A DNA stretch of 32,000 nt, taken from NCBI RefSeq assembly GCF_000803625.1, contig NZ_CP007496.1, positions 90,001 to 122,000 on the forward strand. The letters are read 5' to 3'. The translations under genes were made by a program, and so were the position numbers. Every line of letters begins with the position of its first letter. Position 1 is the first letter of the stretch. This DNA comes from Candidatus Nanosynbacter lyticus. GTDB lineage: Bacteria > Patescibacteriota > Saccharimonadia > Saccharimonadales > Saccharimonadaceae. Positions 1 to 9,002 of the stretch are shown here, piece after piece. A model generated the notes under the pieces. It worked only from the letters and a program-made list of their open reading frames with translations. It did not search any database and was not told the origin of the DNA.

Positions 1-924
1 CAGGCTGCAGGAGTACTCAATGGTCCGATTAACTGTAATATGGTTGCCGCCTCTGGCGTTGTCGGCGGTAGTACATCTGGCGATACTATTATTCAGACTG
101 GCACCGGCGCTGGTAAGAGGTTTGATCAGGCCTATACTTGTGTAAAGATTACTATGAAATCTCAGGATTTTATATATAAATCTATTGAAGATAAATCCCA
201 GCTTATACCGCTACGTGCAACCAGCTCATTTAATAAGATATCAATTGAGTGGTATCGCCGCGATGATGAAAGTAACCTTGGTGGCGCAAACGCAGTTAAT
301 ACTGAGATATCTACCACGGGAGATTTGCCGGCAAGGAATAGCTGGCATAGTAACACTCCTCAATTGATGAGGGCGCAGCTAATTAATCCAGGGCCAACAT
401 TTAGCTTATCAACATTGGATACGACTGGCGTCACCTCCTTTTTCCGACCAAACGTATTGAGGTCAGATGTAGCAGGGCAAGATGGAACTGCAGTTTCTGG
501 CAAGACGTCAGATCGACCAAGGGCAACTGACGGAAATGAGCATAATAATGGAACGAATATAGTATCTTGTAGCAAGACCTTTAAATTTTCTGGCGAATAT
601 TCGTGCAAGGCGGTGATTGAAGTTGATGAAATTGCTGCAGGCAGCGAAACGGCTTTTTTGAGACTAACTTCCATATACAAGGGTGGCAGCGTAAAAGTTT
701 CACTTCAAAAAACGGATGGCACTATCGTAAATTTCGATGGAGTTCAGCCTATAGTTGACTCAACGGGACGAGCGAGTAATTTATTTAGACGAGTCGAGGC
801 GCGTCTGCAAATTGGCGATGATTTTGCTTATCCAGATAACGCGATTGAGCTAAAGAATAGCCTCTGTAAAGATTTCTCCGTATCTGGTAGAGGATCTGCC
901 GTTGCTGGTCGATGCAAACCTTAA
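1..924 (+). CDS. Hypothetical protein, 5'-truncated at window edge; possibly a surface or pilus-associated protein
   Basis: Frame 1 is open from base 1 (QAAGVLNGPINCNMVAASG...) to the stop at 922-924. The annotated M at 40 is probably internal. No motif I can name with certainty. Confidence 0.7.
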   Translation, partial: QAAGVLNGPINCNMVAASGVVGGSTSGDTIIQTGTGAGKRFDQAYTCVKITMKSQDFIYKSIEDKSQLIPLRATSSFNKISIEWYRRDDESNLGGANAVNTEISTTGDLPARNSWHSNTPQLMRAQLINPGPTFSLSTLDTTGVTSFFRPNVLRSDVAGQDGTAVSGKTSDRPRATDGNEHNNGTNIVSCSKTFKFSGEYSCKAVIEVDEIAAGSETAFLRLTSIYKGGSVKVSLQKTDGTIVNFDGVQPIVDSTGRASNLFRRVEARLQIGDDFAYPDNAIELKNSLCKDFSVSGRGSAVAGRCKP

Positions 925-931
925 AGGTAAT

Positions 932-1849
932 TTATGTATCGCTATGAAAGCGTTCATGAATATCTTTTAGATGTTGATCTGTAACATGGGTGTATACCTG
1001 AGTTGTTGATATATTGCTATGTCCTAGCATAGATTGGACCGAGCGTAGATCGGCACCATTCATTAGAAGGTCGGTTGCAAAACTATGCCTCATGGTGTGT
1101 GGGCTTACGTGTTTGGTAATGCCAGCTAGGCGTGCATATTGGCTAACCATTCGTTGAATGCTACGAGCGCTTAGGCGGCGGTAATCGCCAGAAGTGCTGG
1201 GTGTGATGGTTCGTTTACTGCAACTTAGGAATAGTGCGGGTAGGCTATCTGTTCTTGAGTTCAGATATGTGGATACATGTTTGGCGGCACCTTTTGATAT
1301 AAAGACTGGTCGGTCTTTTTGTCCTTTTCCTCGCACCATAAACTCGCGCCTTGTTAGGTTTATATGATCCCGATTTAAGTTGACTAATTCAGAGACGCGG
1401 AGGCCGCTGGAAAACAGCAACTCCACAATTGCCCGATCTCTCAGCCCCGATTCGGTGTCGGTTGGTATTTGCTCAATCATTCGCAGCACCTCGTCATATT
1501 GTAGAAAAGTTACTTGTTTCCGGACAGTCTTGGGTAGGATAATTTTATCCGCAGCCAAACTTTTGATATCGCGTCGAGAAAGGTATGTGAGTAGCCCTCG
1601 AAGTGCAATTAGATGATAGCTTTGTGTGATTAAAGATAAGCTTTCGCCTGTGTTGTCATTTTTATAACGGTTTAGCCAGAGACGATATTGCCTAATTAGC
1701 TCTGATGTAATTTTATCAACAGGTATATCACCGGCAAAATCGATAAATCTCTCTAGATAGAGCTGATAATTTATAATAGTTTTTTGACTGCGTCCACTCT
1801 CAACTTCCAGGTGTTCTAGAAAATCAGTTAGGGCTTCTGATATAAACAT
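932..1849 (-). CDS. Tyrosine recombinase, XerC/XerD family
   Basis: Reading the sequence on the minus strand gives MFISEALTDFLEHLEVESGRS...; stop TTA at 932-934. Family motifs present: GLRVSELVNL, GKGQKDRPV, HTMRHSFATDLL, LGHSNISTTQVYTH (R..K..HxxR..H..Y). Confidence 0.93.
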   Translation of the reverse strand: MFISEALTDFLEHLEVESGRSQKTIINYQLYLERFIDFAGDIPVDKITSELIRQYRLWLNRYKNDNTGESLSLITQSYHLIALRGLLTYLSRRDIKSLAADKIILPKTVRKQVTFLQYDEVLRMIEQIPTDTESGLRDRAIVELLFSSGLRVSELVNLNRDHINLTRREFMVRGKGQKDRPVFISKGAAKHVSTYLNSRTDSLPALFLSCSKRTITPSTSGDYRRLSARSIQRMVSQYARLAGITKHVSPHTMRHSFATDLLMNGADLRSVQSMLGHSNISTTQVYTHVTDQHLKDIHERFHSDT

Positions 1850-1937
1850 ATACTTATTTTACAGTTAGAGGGCTGGTTTATCAAATCATCTATTTTTGGT
1901 ACTATAATAAAAATAATAATGAGCAAAGGAGCAACCT

Positions 1938-2462
1938 ATGTCAGATAGTGAAAAAAAATATTGTGGCGTTGAAAGAACGTTGATTGTTTTTAAGCCTGAT
2001 GCTGTTCAGCGAGGAATAGTTGGGGAAATTTTACAACGTTTTGAGCGAGTCGGCTTGAAGATAGTTGGTGTAAAAATGACATCACCGTCTAGAGATCATT
2101 ACTATGCGCACTATGAGGACATAGGTAAGTTGGCTACGCGTCGGGGCGAGGGTACACTAAACATAACGTTAGATATGATGATGGACGGTCCGGTCATAGC
2201 AATGGTATTAGAGGGAGTTGAAGCTGTAGCTGTCGTTAGGAAGATCGTTGGTCCAACTGAGCCAAAGTCAGCAGATATGGGAACCATTCGTGGCGACTAT
2301 TCTCATATTAGCTTTGGCTATGCTGATGAGTGCCAAAAGGGTGTGCCAAACCTAATCCACGCTTCAGGTGACCCAGAGGAGGCCGTTAGCGAGATTAACC
2401 ACTGGTTTAAGCCGGAGGAGCTAGTTAGCTATCATACACTAAGTGAGAAGTTTACGCGTTAG
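1938..2462 (+). CDS. ndk: Nucleoside diphosphate kinase
   Basis: ERTLIVFKPDAVQRGIVGEIL.RFE, TIRGDYSH, NLIHASGDPEEAVSEI.HWF; SD AAAGGAG upstream of the ATG. Confidence 0.93.
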   Translation: MSDSEKKYCGVERTLIVFKPDAVQRGIVGEILQRFERVGLKIVGVKMTSPSRDHYYAHYEDIGKLATRRGEGTLNITLDMMMDGPVIAMVLEGVEAVAVVRKIVGPTEPKSADMGTIRGDYSHISFGYADECQKGVPNLIHASGDPEEAVSEINHWFKPEELVSYHTLSEKFTR

Positions 2463-2489
2463 GCTGGTCTACCTGAGAGCTACTCGTGG

Positions 2490-2495
2490 TATAAT
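2490..2495 (+). promoter_or_regulatory. -10 element (TATAAT) upstream of tRNA-Arg
   Basis: TATAAT at 2490-2495, 8 nt before the mature tRNA start. Confidence 0.5.
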
Positions 2496-2503
2496 TAGGT
2501 TAT

Positions 2504-2577
2504 GCCTCGGTAGCTCAACTGGATAGAGCAGATCCGTCCTAAGGATAAGGTTGCAGGTTCGACTCCTGCCCGGGGTA
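2504..2577 (+). tRNA. tRNA-Arg (anticodon CCT); CCA encoded at 2578-2580
   Basis: GCCTCGG...CCGGGGT acceptor, TAGCTCAACTGGATAGAGCA D-arm, GTCCTAA anticodon loop, GGTTCGACTCC T-arm. Confidence 0.93.
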
Positions 2578-2585
2578 CCACGTAT

Positions 2586-3116
2586 ATGACAGGACAGCTA
2601 AAAGATAAGCAATTTGATGGACAGCGTGACGGGGAGCAGCTATTGTTCGTATTTCGTCGTCATATTATTGCTATGCGTAAAGGGTTTTACCTACTTCTCG
2701 GGTCAATGGCGTTCGGGTCGTTGCCGTTTCTTATCTGGCAAGATAACCTGAATTTATTATGGTTGTTTCTTGGTAGTTTTGTTTTTGGTCTGGTACTGTT
2801 TTCTTACCATTTTTTGATGTGGTTTTACACTTATTACATTGTTACAGATCAGAGAATCCGTCAAATTACACAGCATGGTTTTTTTGGTAAGGACGTAATT
2901 GAGCTGAAATTATCAAAAATTCAAAATATTAGCTATAATATTCCAGGATTTAGTGGGGAGATGTTTAAGTTTGGCACAATTATTATTCAGACGTTTGTTG
3001 GTGATCTTGTTATAAAAAATGTAGAGCATCCGGACGATGTCTATAATAAACTACAGGATGCGGTAGAACTTTCGGCGAAAAAGGAGGGTGATAATGAAAA
3101 ATCTATTGAATCGTAA
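2586..3116 (+). CDS. Bacterial PH-domain (bPH2/YdbS-like) membrane protein
   Basis: Two hydrophobic segments near the N-terminus followed by YYIVTDQRIRQITQHGFFGKDVIELKLSKIQNISYNIPGF...FGTIIIQTF. Confidence 0.8.
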   Translation: MTGQLKDKQFDGQRDGEQLLFVFRRHIIAMRKGFYLLLGSMAFGSLPFLIWQDNLNLLWLFLGSFVFGLVLFSYHFLMWFYTYYIVTDQRIRQITQHGFFGKDVIELKLSKIQNISYNIPGFSGEMFKFGTIIIQTFVGDLVIKNVEHPDDVYNKLQDAVELSAKKEGDNEKSIES

Positions 3117-4092
3117 AGATAAAAAACAACCAAAGAAGCTACCTACGAGGATTACAAATGATACTGTAGCTCAGCATCGCGAAAAGGTCTTGGCGGCTGG
3201 TCGTAAGCATAAATATCCCATCCAGTATACTAAGCGTCGGTTGGTATGGATAACAATGTTTGTTAGCGTGGCAATTTTAGCTATTTTCGTTGGTCTTGGT
3301 TGGGCTCAGCTGTACTTGTGGAAAGATACTAGTGATATTGCCTATAGAATTACTAAAATTTTGCCTCTTCCAGTGGCGAATATAGATGGAGAAAATGCGA
3401 ATTATAGTGATTATTTGCTGTACCATCGAAGCTCGCTGGCTGTTCTGCAGACCCAAGGGCAATCTGATCAAAAAGACAAAGTTAAGTTTTATCAAAATCA
3501 GTCAATAAATAAAGCCCTAGAGGTCGCATACGCTAAAAGGCTTGCAAGAGAAAATAATATTACAGTTGACGATAACAAGGTTCAGGATCTAATTAAAAAG
3601 CAACAAGAATCCAGCAAACTTTCACAGTCTGCTTATGAATCTGTAGTAAAAGATAATCTGCACTGGTCTATGGATGAGTTAAAGATAGCAATGAAATACA
3701 CCTTATTAAAGCAGGAAGTATCGTTTAAGATTGATAAGACGGCTGACGATTTGGTGTCTACTATCCAAAATAAGGTGAAGAGTGGAAAATCTTTAAAAGA
3801 TATTGCTGATGAGATGGGCAATAAAGTCCAGCCTGTATTTAATCTGTCTGTTTCTACGGACAACTCTGATGGTGGATTGACAAAATCTGCTACATTGCTA
3901 GCAAAAGGTAAAATATCAGAACCACTAAAAACCTTAGCTGGCGACGGCTACTATTTTGTGACACTTAACAGTTTTGAGGATAATACGGTAAATTATTCTT
4001 ACGTTAAGGTGCCGCTAACAGAATTTAATAATCGGTTTAATTATCTTAAGAACAACAATAAGGTAAAATATTTTATCTCCATTGATAAATAA
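3088..4092 (+). CDS. Membrane-anchored SurA/PrsA-like peptidyl-prolyl isomerase family protein
   Basis: N-terminal TM (RRLVWITMFVSVAILAIFVGLGW) and a SurA_N-like helical region (YAKRLARENNITVDDNKVQDLIKKQQ). Overlaps the preceding gene. Confidence 0.6.
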   Translation: MIMKNLLNRKDKKQPKKLPTRITNDTVAQHREKVLAAGRKHKYPIQYTKRRLVWITMFVSVAILAIFVGLGWAQLYLWKDTSDIAYRITKILPLPVANIDGENANYSDYLLYHRSSLAVLQTQGQSDQKDKVKFYQNQSINKALEVAYAKRLARENNITVDDNKVQDLIKKQQESSKLSQSAYESVVKDNLHWSMDELKIAMKYTLLKQEVSFKIDKTADDLVSTIQNKVKSGKSLKDIADEMGNKVQPVFNLSVSTDNSDGGLTKSATLLAKGKISEPLKTLAGDGYYFVTLNSFEDNTVNYSYVKVPLTEFNNRFNYLKNNNKVKYFISIDK

Positions 4093-4144
4093 TCTTTTTG
4101 GTTTGAAAAACCCTCTATTTTTGTTATAATTTCTTAAGGAGTTT

Positions 4145-4217
4145 GCCGTTGTAGCTCAGCTGGTAGAGCAGCTCATTCGTAACGAGCAGGTCGCTGGTTC
4201 AAGCCCAGTCAACGGCT
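4145..4217 (+). tRNA. tRNA-Thr (anticodon CGT); CCA encoded at 4218-4220
   Basis: GCCGTTG/CAACGGC acceptor, TAGCTCAGCTGGTAGAGCA, anticodon loop TTCGTAA, GGTTCAAGCC T-arm. Confidence 0.93.
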
Positions 4218-4224
4218 CCATTTT

Positions 4225-4602
4225 ATGAAAGATACTATCAATAAATCGATAAAAACCGTTTTAAGCGATCGTGGAATATCTATCCTTTTGATTGTTAATA
4301 TCATAGTTTTTATTGCTATCTCCATATTCTTGATAACATCTATTAAGCATAGCGAAGCGCAGGTTATCACTCGCTACACTGCGTATGGAGTTGCAAACTT
4401 TTATAGAAACCATTGGTACAGTTTGTTCGGATATATTGCTCTAGCTTTTATGATTGTATTTGGACATTCTATATTAAGCATTAAGTTGGTTTCGTTAGAA
4501 AAGCGCAGTATGGCTGTATTTTTTCTGTGGTTGACTTTGGGAATCTTGATTGTTTTGACTGCATTGGCATATTCAATTATTAAAATTGCATCATTAGGAT
4601 AA
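4225..4602 (+). CDS. Small three-TM membrane protein, hypothetical
   Basis: 125-aa ORF with strongly hydrophobic segments, immediately upstream of the GT2 gene. Confidence 0.6.
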   Translation: MKDTINKSIKTVLSDRGISILLIVNIIVFIAISIFLITSIKHSEAQVITRYTAYGVANFYRNHWYSLFGYIALAFMIVFGHSILSIKLVSLEKRSMAVFFLWLTLGILIVLTALAYSIIKIASLG

Positions 4603-4606
4603 ATGT

Positions 4607-6289
4607 ATGGATATTGAAATTCCACTTGGCAAACGAACAAAAAAATATCGATTTTTTGAAATATTACCGGGATTGTTAAGCTACGGAGCTATCATTCTCC
4701 TCATTATTCTATCGATAGTTAATCCTATTCTGGCGTCAATATATCTTCTGACTATTATTTTAGTAGCTTTTGTGAAGACGATTGCCATTAGCTATAGGGT
4801 GGTTAGTGGTCACAGAAACATGGAAAGAGCATCTAGGGTTGATTGGAGCAGGCGTTTAATGGACTTAGAGAGTCCAAAAGAATCGTATTCTAGGTTGAGA
4901 GATATCCCCTCTGGGGCGTTGCTTTATAAACAACACTTAGAGAATCTGAGGTTTATGTCAGCTGCAGAGGAAGGGCATTTCCCAAAGCCCGGTAATATTT
5001 ACAACGCCCTCATAATGCCGGCATACAATGAAAGTATTGAGGTGATAGAGCCTGCACTAAAGTCAGTCTTAGAGACGACCTACGACAAGACGCGTTTGAT
5101 TGTTGTTTTTGCCTATGAAGAACGTGGTGGCGCTGAAATTGATAAGACAGCCCATATTTTAAAGGAAAAGTACGGTAAGAATTTTCACTCTTTCCATATA
5201 GTAAAGCATCCAAAAGACCTACCAAATGAAGTTGTTGGTAAGGGAGGGAATATTACCTATGCTGGTAAATGGCTGCAGCAGTATTTACAACATGAAGGAA
5301 TAGCCTTTTCTGATGTAATAGTTACAACAATGGACTGCGATAATAAGCCGCACAAGCACTACTTTGACTATTTAACGTATGAATATATCACACATGAAGA
5401 CAGGAAGCATTTATCGTTCCAGCCAATATGCTTGTTTACTAATAATATATGGGACGTACCTGCGCCGATGAGAGTGGTGGCGACGGGTAATTCATTCTGG
5501 AATATTATTAGTTCTATGAGGCCTTACTCTTTGCGCAATTTTGCATCTCATGCGCAACCTATGAGTGCGCTTGTGGAGATGAACTTCTGGAGTACCCGTA
5601 CAATTGTCGAAGACGGACATCAATATTGGCGTAGCTATTTTTATTTCAACGGCAATTATGAGGTCGTGCCAATGTTCGTTCCAATCTATCAGGATGCGGT
5701 ATTGTCTAGTGGCTATGTAAAAACGTTACGCGCTCAGTTTATTCAATTACGTCGTTGGAGTTATGGCGCTTCAGATGTGGCGTATGTCGGTAATAATGTA
5801 TTCAATAAGGATAGGAAGGTAAGGTTTTTGCCGAGCTTGGCGAGGTTTATAAGATTATTAGATGGACATGTTACACAGGCCTGCATTGCGCTAATCGTTG
5901 CGTTTGGTGGATGGGCGCCGCTTGTATTAAACGGCGAGGCTGCTCGTAGTGTTGCTGCTCATCAATTGCCCGATACAGTAAGTCTGATACAGCAGGTGGC
6001 AATGGTTGGTATACTGGTGTTAATTTTTGTATCATTTAAGCTTCTGCCTCCACGCCCAGAAAGATATAAGAAGCGTAGGAATATACTTATGGTTATGCAG
6101 TGGGCTTTGATGCCGGTAATCGCTATTGTATACAGTTCAATGGCTTCGTACAATGCTCAGACGCATCTTTTATTTGGTAAGTATCTTGATAAATTTGATG
6201 TAACGGAAAAAACTACTGTTGAGATGAATGACCAGGGTCGTTCTCGGGGTAATAAAAAGAGGGGCGACCGCGTCTCTTCCGCTGACTAG
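4607..6289 (+). CDS. Membrane glycosyltransferase family 2 protein
   Basis: PAYNESIEVIEPALKSVLETTYD..., VTTMDCDNKPHKHYFDYL (D-containing catalytic segment), RAQFIQLRRWSYGASD (Q..RRW-like motif), flanking TM helices. Confidence 0.85.
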   Translation: MDIEIPLGKRTKKYRFFEILPGLLSYGAIILLIILSIVNPILASIYLLTIILVAFVKTIAISYRVVSGHRNMERASRVDWSRRLMDLESPKESYSRLRDIPSGALLYKQHLENLRFMSAAEEGHFPKPGNIYNALIMPAYNESIEVIEPALKSVLETTYDKTRLIVVFAYEERGGAEIDKTAHILKEKYGKNFHSFHIVKHPKDLPNEVVGKGGNITYAGKWLQQYLQHEGIAFSDVIVTTMDCDNKPHKHYFDYLTYEYITHEDRKHLSFQPICLFTNNIWDVPAPMRVVATGNSFWNIISSMRPYSLRNFASHAQPMSALVEMNFWSTRTIVEDGHQYWRSYFYFNGNYEVVPMFVPIYQDAVLSSGYVKTLRAQFIQLRRWSYGASDVAYVGNNVFNKDRKVRFLPSLARFIRLLDGHVTQACIALIVAFGGWAPLVLNGEAARSVAAHQLPDTVSLIQQVAMVGILVLIFVSFKLLPPRPERYKKRRNILMVMQWALMPVIAIVYSSMASYNAQTHLLFGKYLDKFDVTEKTTVEMNDQGRSRGNKKRGDRVSSAD

Positions 6290-6695
6290 TGATTAGATTG
6301 TGCTGGGCAGCGTACTGTAGGGCTGCTATTTGATCAAAATTCTGTAGAGTAGAGTGGGTAATCTTTGCTATATCTTGTGTTGATATTGTATGTTTGTTTT
6401 GTAGAAATAGTAGCTTATCTTGTACGGTATTTGCTAAATCGTAGCTGTAAAAATCAGCTGCTTTTTTATCATGATTAAAACTTCGTGCAATACTGATGAT
6501 TAGCTTGCCTATAGAGAAGTTATTAATATTGTTTTCTTTCGATAGGACTGGAAGGTGAATTACCGGCTTCTCGTAGGTTGTAAAAGAGTGCCCGCATCGT
6601 GTGCACACATGTCTTCTCCATGTTGTCGGATATTTTTTATTTTGACGAGAGTTAACTATGCGGGTTTTGTCGTGAAAACATTTTAAACATATCAT
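6213..6695 (-). CDS. NrdR-like zinc-ribbon protein with divergent ATP-cone-like C-terminus
   Basis: MICLKCFHDKTRIVNSR...WRRHVCTRCGHSFTTYEKP matches the NrdR CxxC...CxxC ribbon pattern. Confidence 0.7.
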   Translation of the reverse strand: MICLKCFHDKTRIVNSRQNKKYPTTWRRHVCTRCGHSFTTYEKPVIHLPVLSKENNINNFSIGKLIISIARSFNHDKKAADFYSYDLANTVQDKLLFLQNKHTISTQDIAKITHSTLQNFDQIAALQYAAQHNLITSQRKRRGRPSFYYPENDPGHSSQQ

Positions 6696-6750
6696 ATCAA
6701 TATATTGTCATATAACTATAAAAAAATCTAGTGGAAAAGTACTGTGTAAA

Positions 6751-6776
6751 ATAAAAAGCCCCATCTACAGGGGCTT
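6751..6776 (-). terminator. Rho-independent terminator
   Basis: AGCCCC(ATCTACA)GGGGCT, followed on the minus strand by a T-run (GGGGCTTTTTAT). Confidence 0.8.
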
Positions 6777-6804
6777 TCAGCGCTACTGTGTATTAAGTAG
6801 AGGT

Positions 6805-6948
6805 CTAACGATTGTGCGGATCAGCAGACAGCGCAGATCTCTCCTCGTTAATCTTCCTGTTGTATTCATAATGAAGTTGCGCTTTGCTCAACAGGGAGCA
6901 TGATTGTTTGATTTTTGTGTCTAATTGCGGTGAGCTATGTTTACTCAT
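6805..6948 (-). CDS. Putative 47-aa small protein, possibly leaderless
   Basis: ATG at 6948-6946, in frame to TAG at 6807-6805: MSKHSSPQLDTKIKQSCSLLSKAQLHYEYNRKINEERSALSADPHNR. Lies between a consensus promoter and a terminator. Confidence 0.4.
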   Translation of the reverse strand: MSKHSSPQLDTKIKQSCSLLSKAQLHYEYNRKINEERSALSADPHNR

Positions 6949-6955
6949 ACTATGG

Positions 6956-6984
6956 ATATTAACATATTTGCTCTATAATGTCAA
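6956..6984 (-). promoter_or_regulatory. Sigma-70-type promoter TTGACA-N17-TAATAT
   Basis: Minus strand TTGACA (6984-6979), 17-nt spacer, TAATAT (6961-6956). Confidence 0.75.
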
Positions 6985-7047
6985 TGCTTACATCGATAAA
7001 ATTAAAATACCCTTTATTAATAAAGGGTATGTTTTTGTCGTATCTGG

Positions 7048-7122
7048 TGGGCAATAGAGGATTCGAACCTCTCACCTCTTCAACGTCAATGAAGCGCTCT
7101 AGCCAAATGAGCTAATCGCCCA
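7048..7122 (-). tRNA. tRNA-Val (anticodon GAC); CCA encoded at 7045-7047
   Basis: Minus strand GGGCGATTAGCTCATTTGGCTAGAGCGCTTCATTGACGTTGAAGAGGTGAGAGGTTCGAATCCTCTATTGCCCACCA. Confidence 0.93.
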
Positions 7123-7181
7123 GATGTAATAATACTATCACAACAGATATCTGTTCGCAAGGAGCGTGCTATAATATTGAT

Positions 7182-8993
7182 ATGAGTGAAGATGAATTAA
7201 AATCTATGAGACACAGTTTGGCGCATATTATGGCTCAGGCCGTTCAGCGTTTATGGCCTCAGGCAAAATTTGGTGTAGGCCCAGCTATTGATAATGGTTT
7301 CTATTATGATATATATCTTGATGGTGCGACAATTTCTGAAGATAGTCTGCCAAAGATAGAAAAAGAGATGCGAAAAATAGTATCTGCTAATTACCCGTTT
7401 GAGAGACGTGATGTGGCAATAGATGAGGCTATTGATTGGGCTAAGGAAAATCAGCAGAACTTTAAGATTGAGCTATTAAACGACCTTAAGCGGTCTGGTA
7501 CTACCGTTGCTAGTGAATTATCTGTCAAGTATATAGGCTCTGTAAATGAAGCTCCTAGTAAGGTAAAGACCGTATCTTTGTATTCGCAAGGTGACTATGT
7601 TGATTTGTGCAGGGGTGGACATGTTGATAGTACGGGTAAGGTCGGTGCGTTTAAGCTGACTAAGGTTGCTGGCGCATATTGGCGTGGTAATGAAAATAAC
7701 CTGCAAATGCAGCGTATATACGGCGTGGCATTTGCCACCCAGGAAGAGCTAGATAAATATTTGGAAAAGATAGAGATCGCAAAGCAGCGCGATCATCGAA
7801 AGCTAGGCAGGGACCTTGATTTATACACGACCTCGCCACTAGTGGGTGTTGGTTTGCCACTATTTACACCTAGAGGAACTATTTTGCGTGAGGTGGTGTC
7901 TCAATATTCGAATCAGTTGCGGCAGAAATTCGGTTTTGAGAAGGTGTGGACGCCCCATATCACAAAAAAAGATTTGTATGAAAAGTCGGGTCACTGGGCA
8001 AAGTTTGGTGAAGAGTTGTTTCTTGTAAAGAGTCAGGAGACTAGTGATGAAATGGCCCTCAAGCCTATGAATTGCCCGCACCATACACAGATTTTTGCCT
8101 CACGTCCACGAAGTTATCGAGATATGCCAGTAAGATACCTGGAGACGACAACTGATTATCGTGATGAAAAGACTGGAGAGCTAGGTGGATTAAATCGTGT
8201 TCGTTCATTGACACAAGACGACAGTCACGTATTCTGTCGGCCAGACCAGATTGAGGAGGAGATTAATAACTTGTTGTCGGCGGCTCGTGAGCTGTATGAG
8301 TCAATCGACATGAAGCTAAGAGTTCGTCTGAGCTATCGTGACGATTCTGATTCATACTTAGGTAATATTGACCTATGGAACTCTGCGCAAGGTCAATTAA
8401 AGTCAGCTGTTGAGAGAGTGGGTCTAGACTACTTTGAGCAGGATGGTGAAGCAGCCTTTTATGGTCCAAAAATTGACTTTATGGCGACTGATGCAATTGG
8501 TCGTGAACATCAGGTGGCAACTGTGCAGTTAGATTTCGTACAACCTCAGAGGTTCGGGTTGGAGTATGTAGACATTAATGGAAATTCTACAACACCTGTT
8601 ATGATCCACTGTGCTTTACTAGGTTCGATTGAGCGATTTTTGAGCGTGTTTATTGAGCATACAGGTGGTTGGTTTCCATTCTGGGCGGCTCCAGAGCAGG
8701 TGCGTATTTTGACCATTAATGATTCTGTATTAGGCTATGTTGATAAAATAACAACTATTTTGTCGGAAACTACCCTAACTAAGCCCGTTAAGTATAATGA
8801 TGTAAGATTTACATCAGATATAAGAAACGAATCTTTGGGTAAAAAGATTAGAGAGGCGACATCTATGAAGATACCAGTTCAGCTTATAGTAGGGCCAAAG
8901 GATGTAGAGGCGAGCGAGGTTAGTATTCGAACTCAGGCTCGCGAGGAAAAAATTCCTCTAGAGAACCTCTCTGGATATTTAAAATCTTTATAA
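7182..8993 (+). CDS. thrS: Threonyl-tRNA synthetase, lacking the N-terminal TGS domain
   Basis: Starts at MRHSLAHIMAQAVQRLWPQAKFGVGPAIDNGFYYD; CPNHTQIFA...SYRDMPVRYLE; ALLGSIERFLSVFIEHTGGWFPFWAAPEQV. Confidence 0.96.
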   Translation: MSEDELKSMRHSLAHIMAQAVQRLWPQAKFGVGPAIDNGFYYDIYLDGATISEDSLPKIEKEMRKIVSANYPFERRDVAIDEAIDWAKENQQNFKIELLNDLKRSGTTVASELSVKYIGSVNEAPSKVKTVSLYSQGDYVDLCRGGHVDSTGKVGAFKLTKVAGAYWRGNENNLQMQRIYGVAFATQEELDKYLEKIEIAKQRDHRKLGRDLDLYTTSPLVGVGLPLFTPRGTILREVVSQYSNQLRQKFGFEKVWTPHITKKDLYEKSGHWAKFGEELFLVKSQETSDEMALKPMNCPHHTQIFASRPRSYRDMPVRYLETTTDYRDEKTGELGGLNRVRSLTQDDSHVFCRPDQIEEEINNLLSAARELYESIDMKLRVRLSYRDDSDSYLGNIDLWNSAQGQLKSAVERVGLDYFEQDGEAAFYGPKIDFMATDAIGREHQVATVQLDFVQPQRFGLEYVDINGNSTTPVMIHCALLGSIERFLSVFIEHTGGWFPFWAAPEQVRILTINDSVLGYVDKITTILSETTLTKPVKYNDVRFTSDIRNESLGKKIREATSMKIPVQLIVGPKDVEASEVSIRTQAREEKIPLENLSGYLKSL

Positions 8994-9002
8994 GGAGAGT
9001 TT

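Noticed and set aside
1380-1616. 78-aa plus-strand ORF
   Set aside because: Antisense to the tyrosine recombinase gene; no recognisable features.
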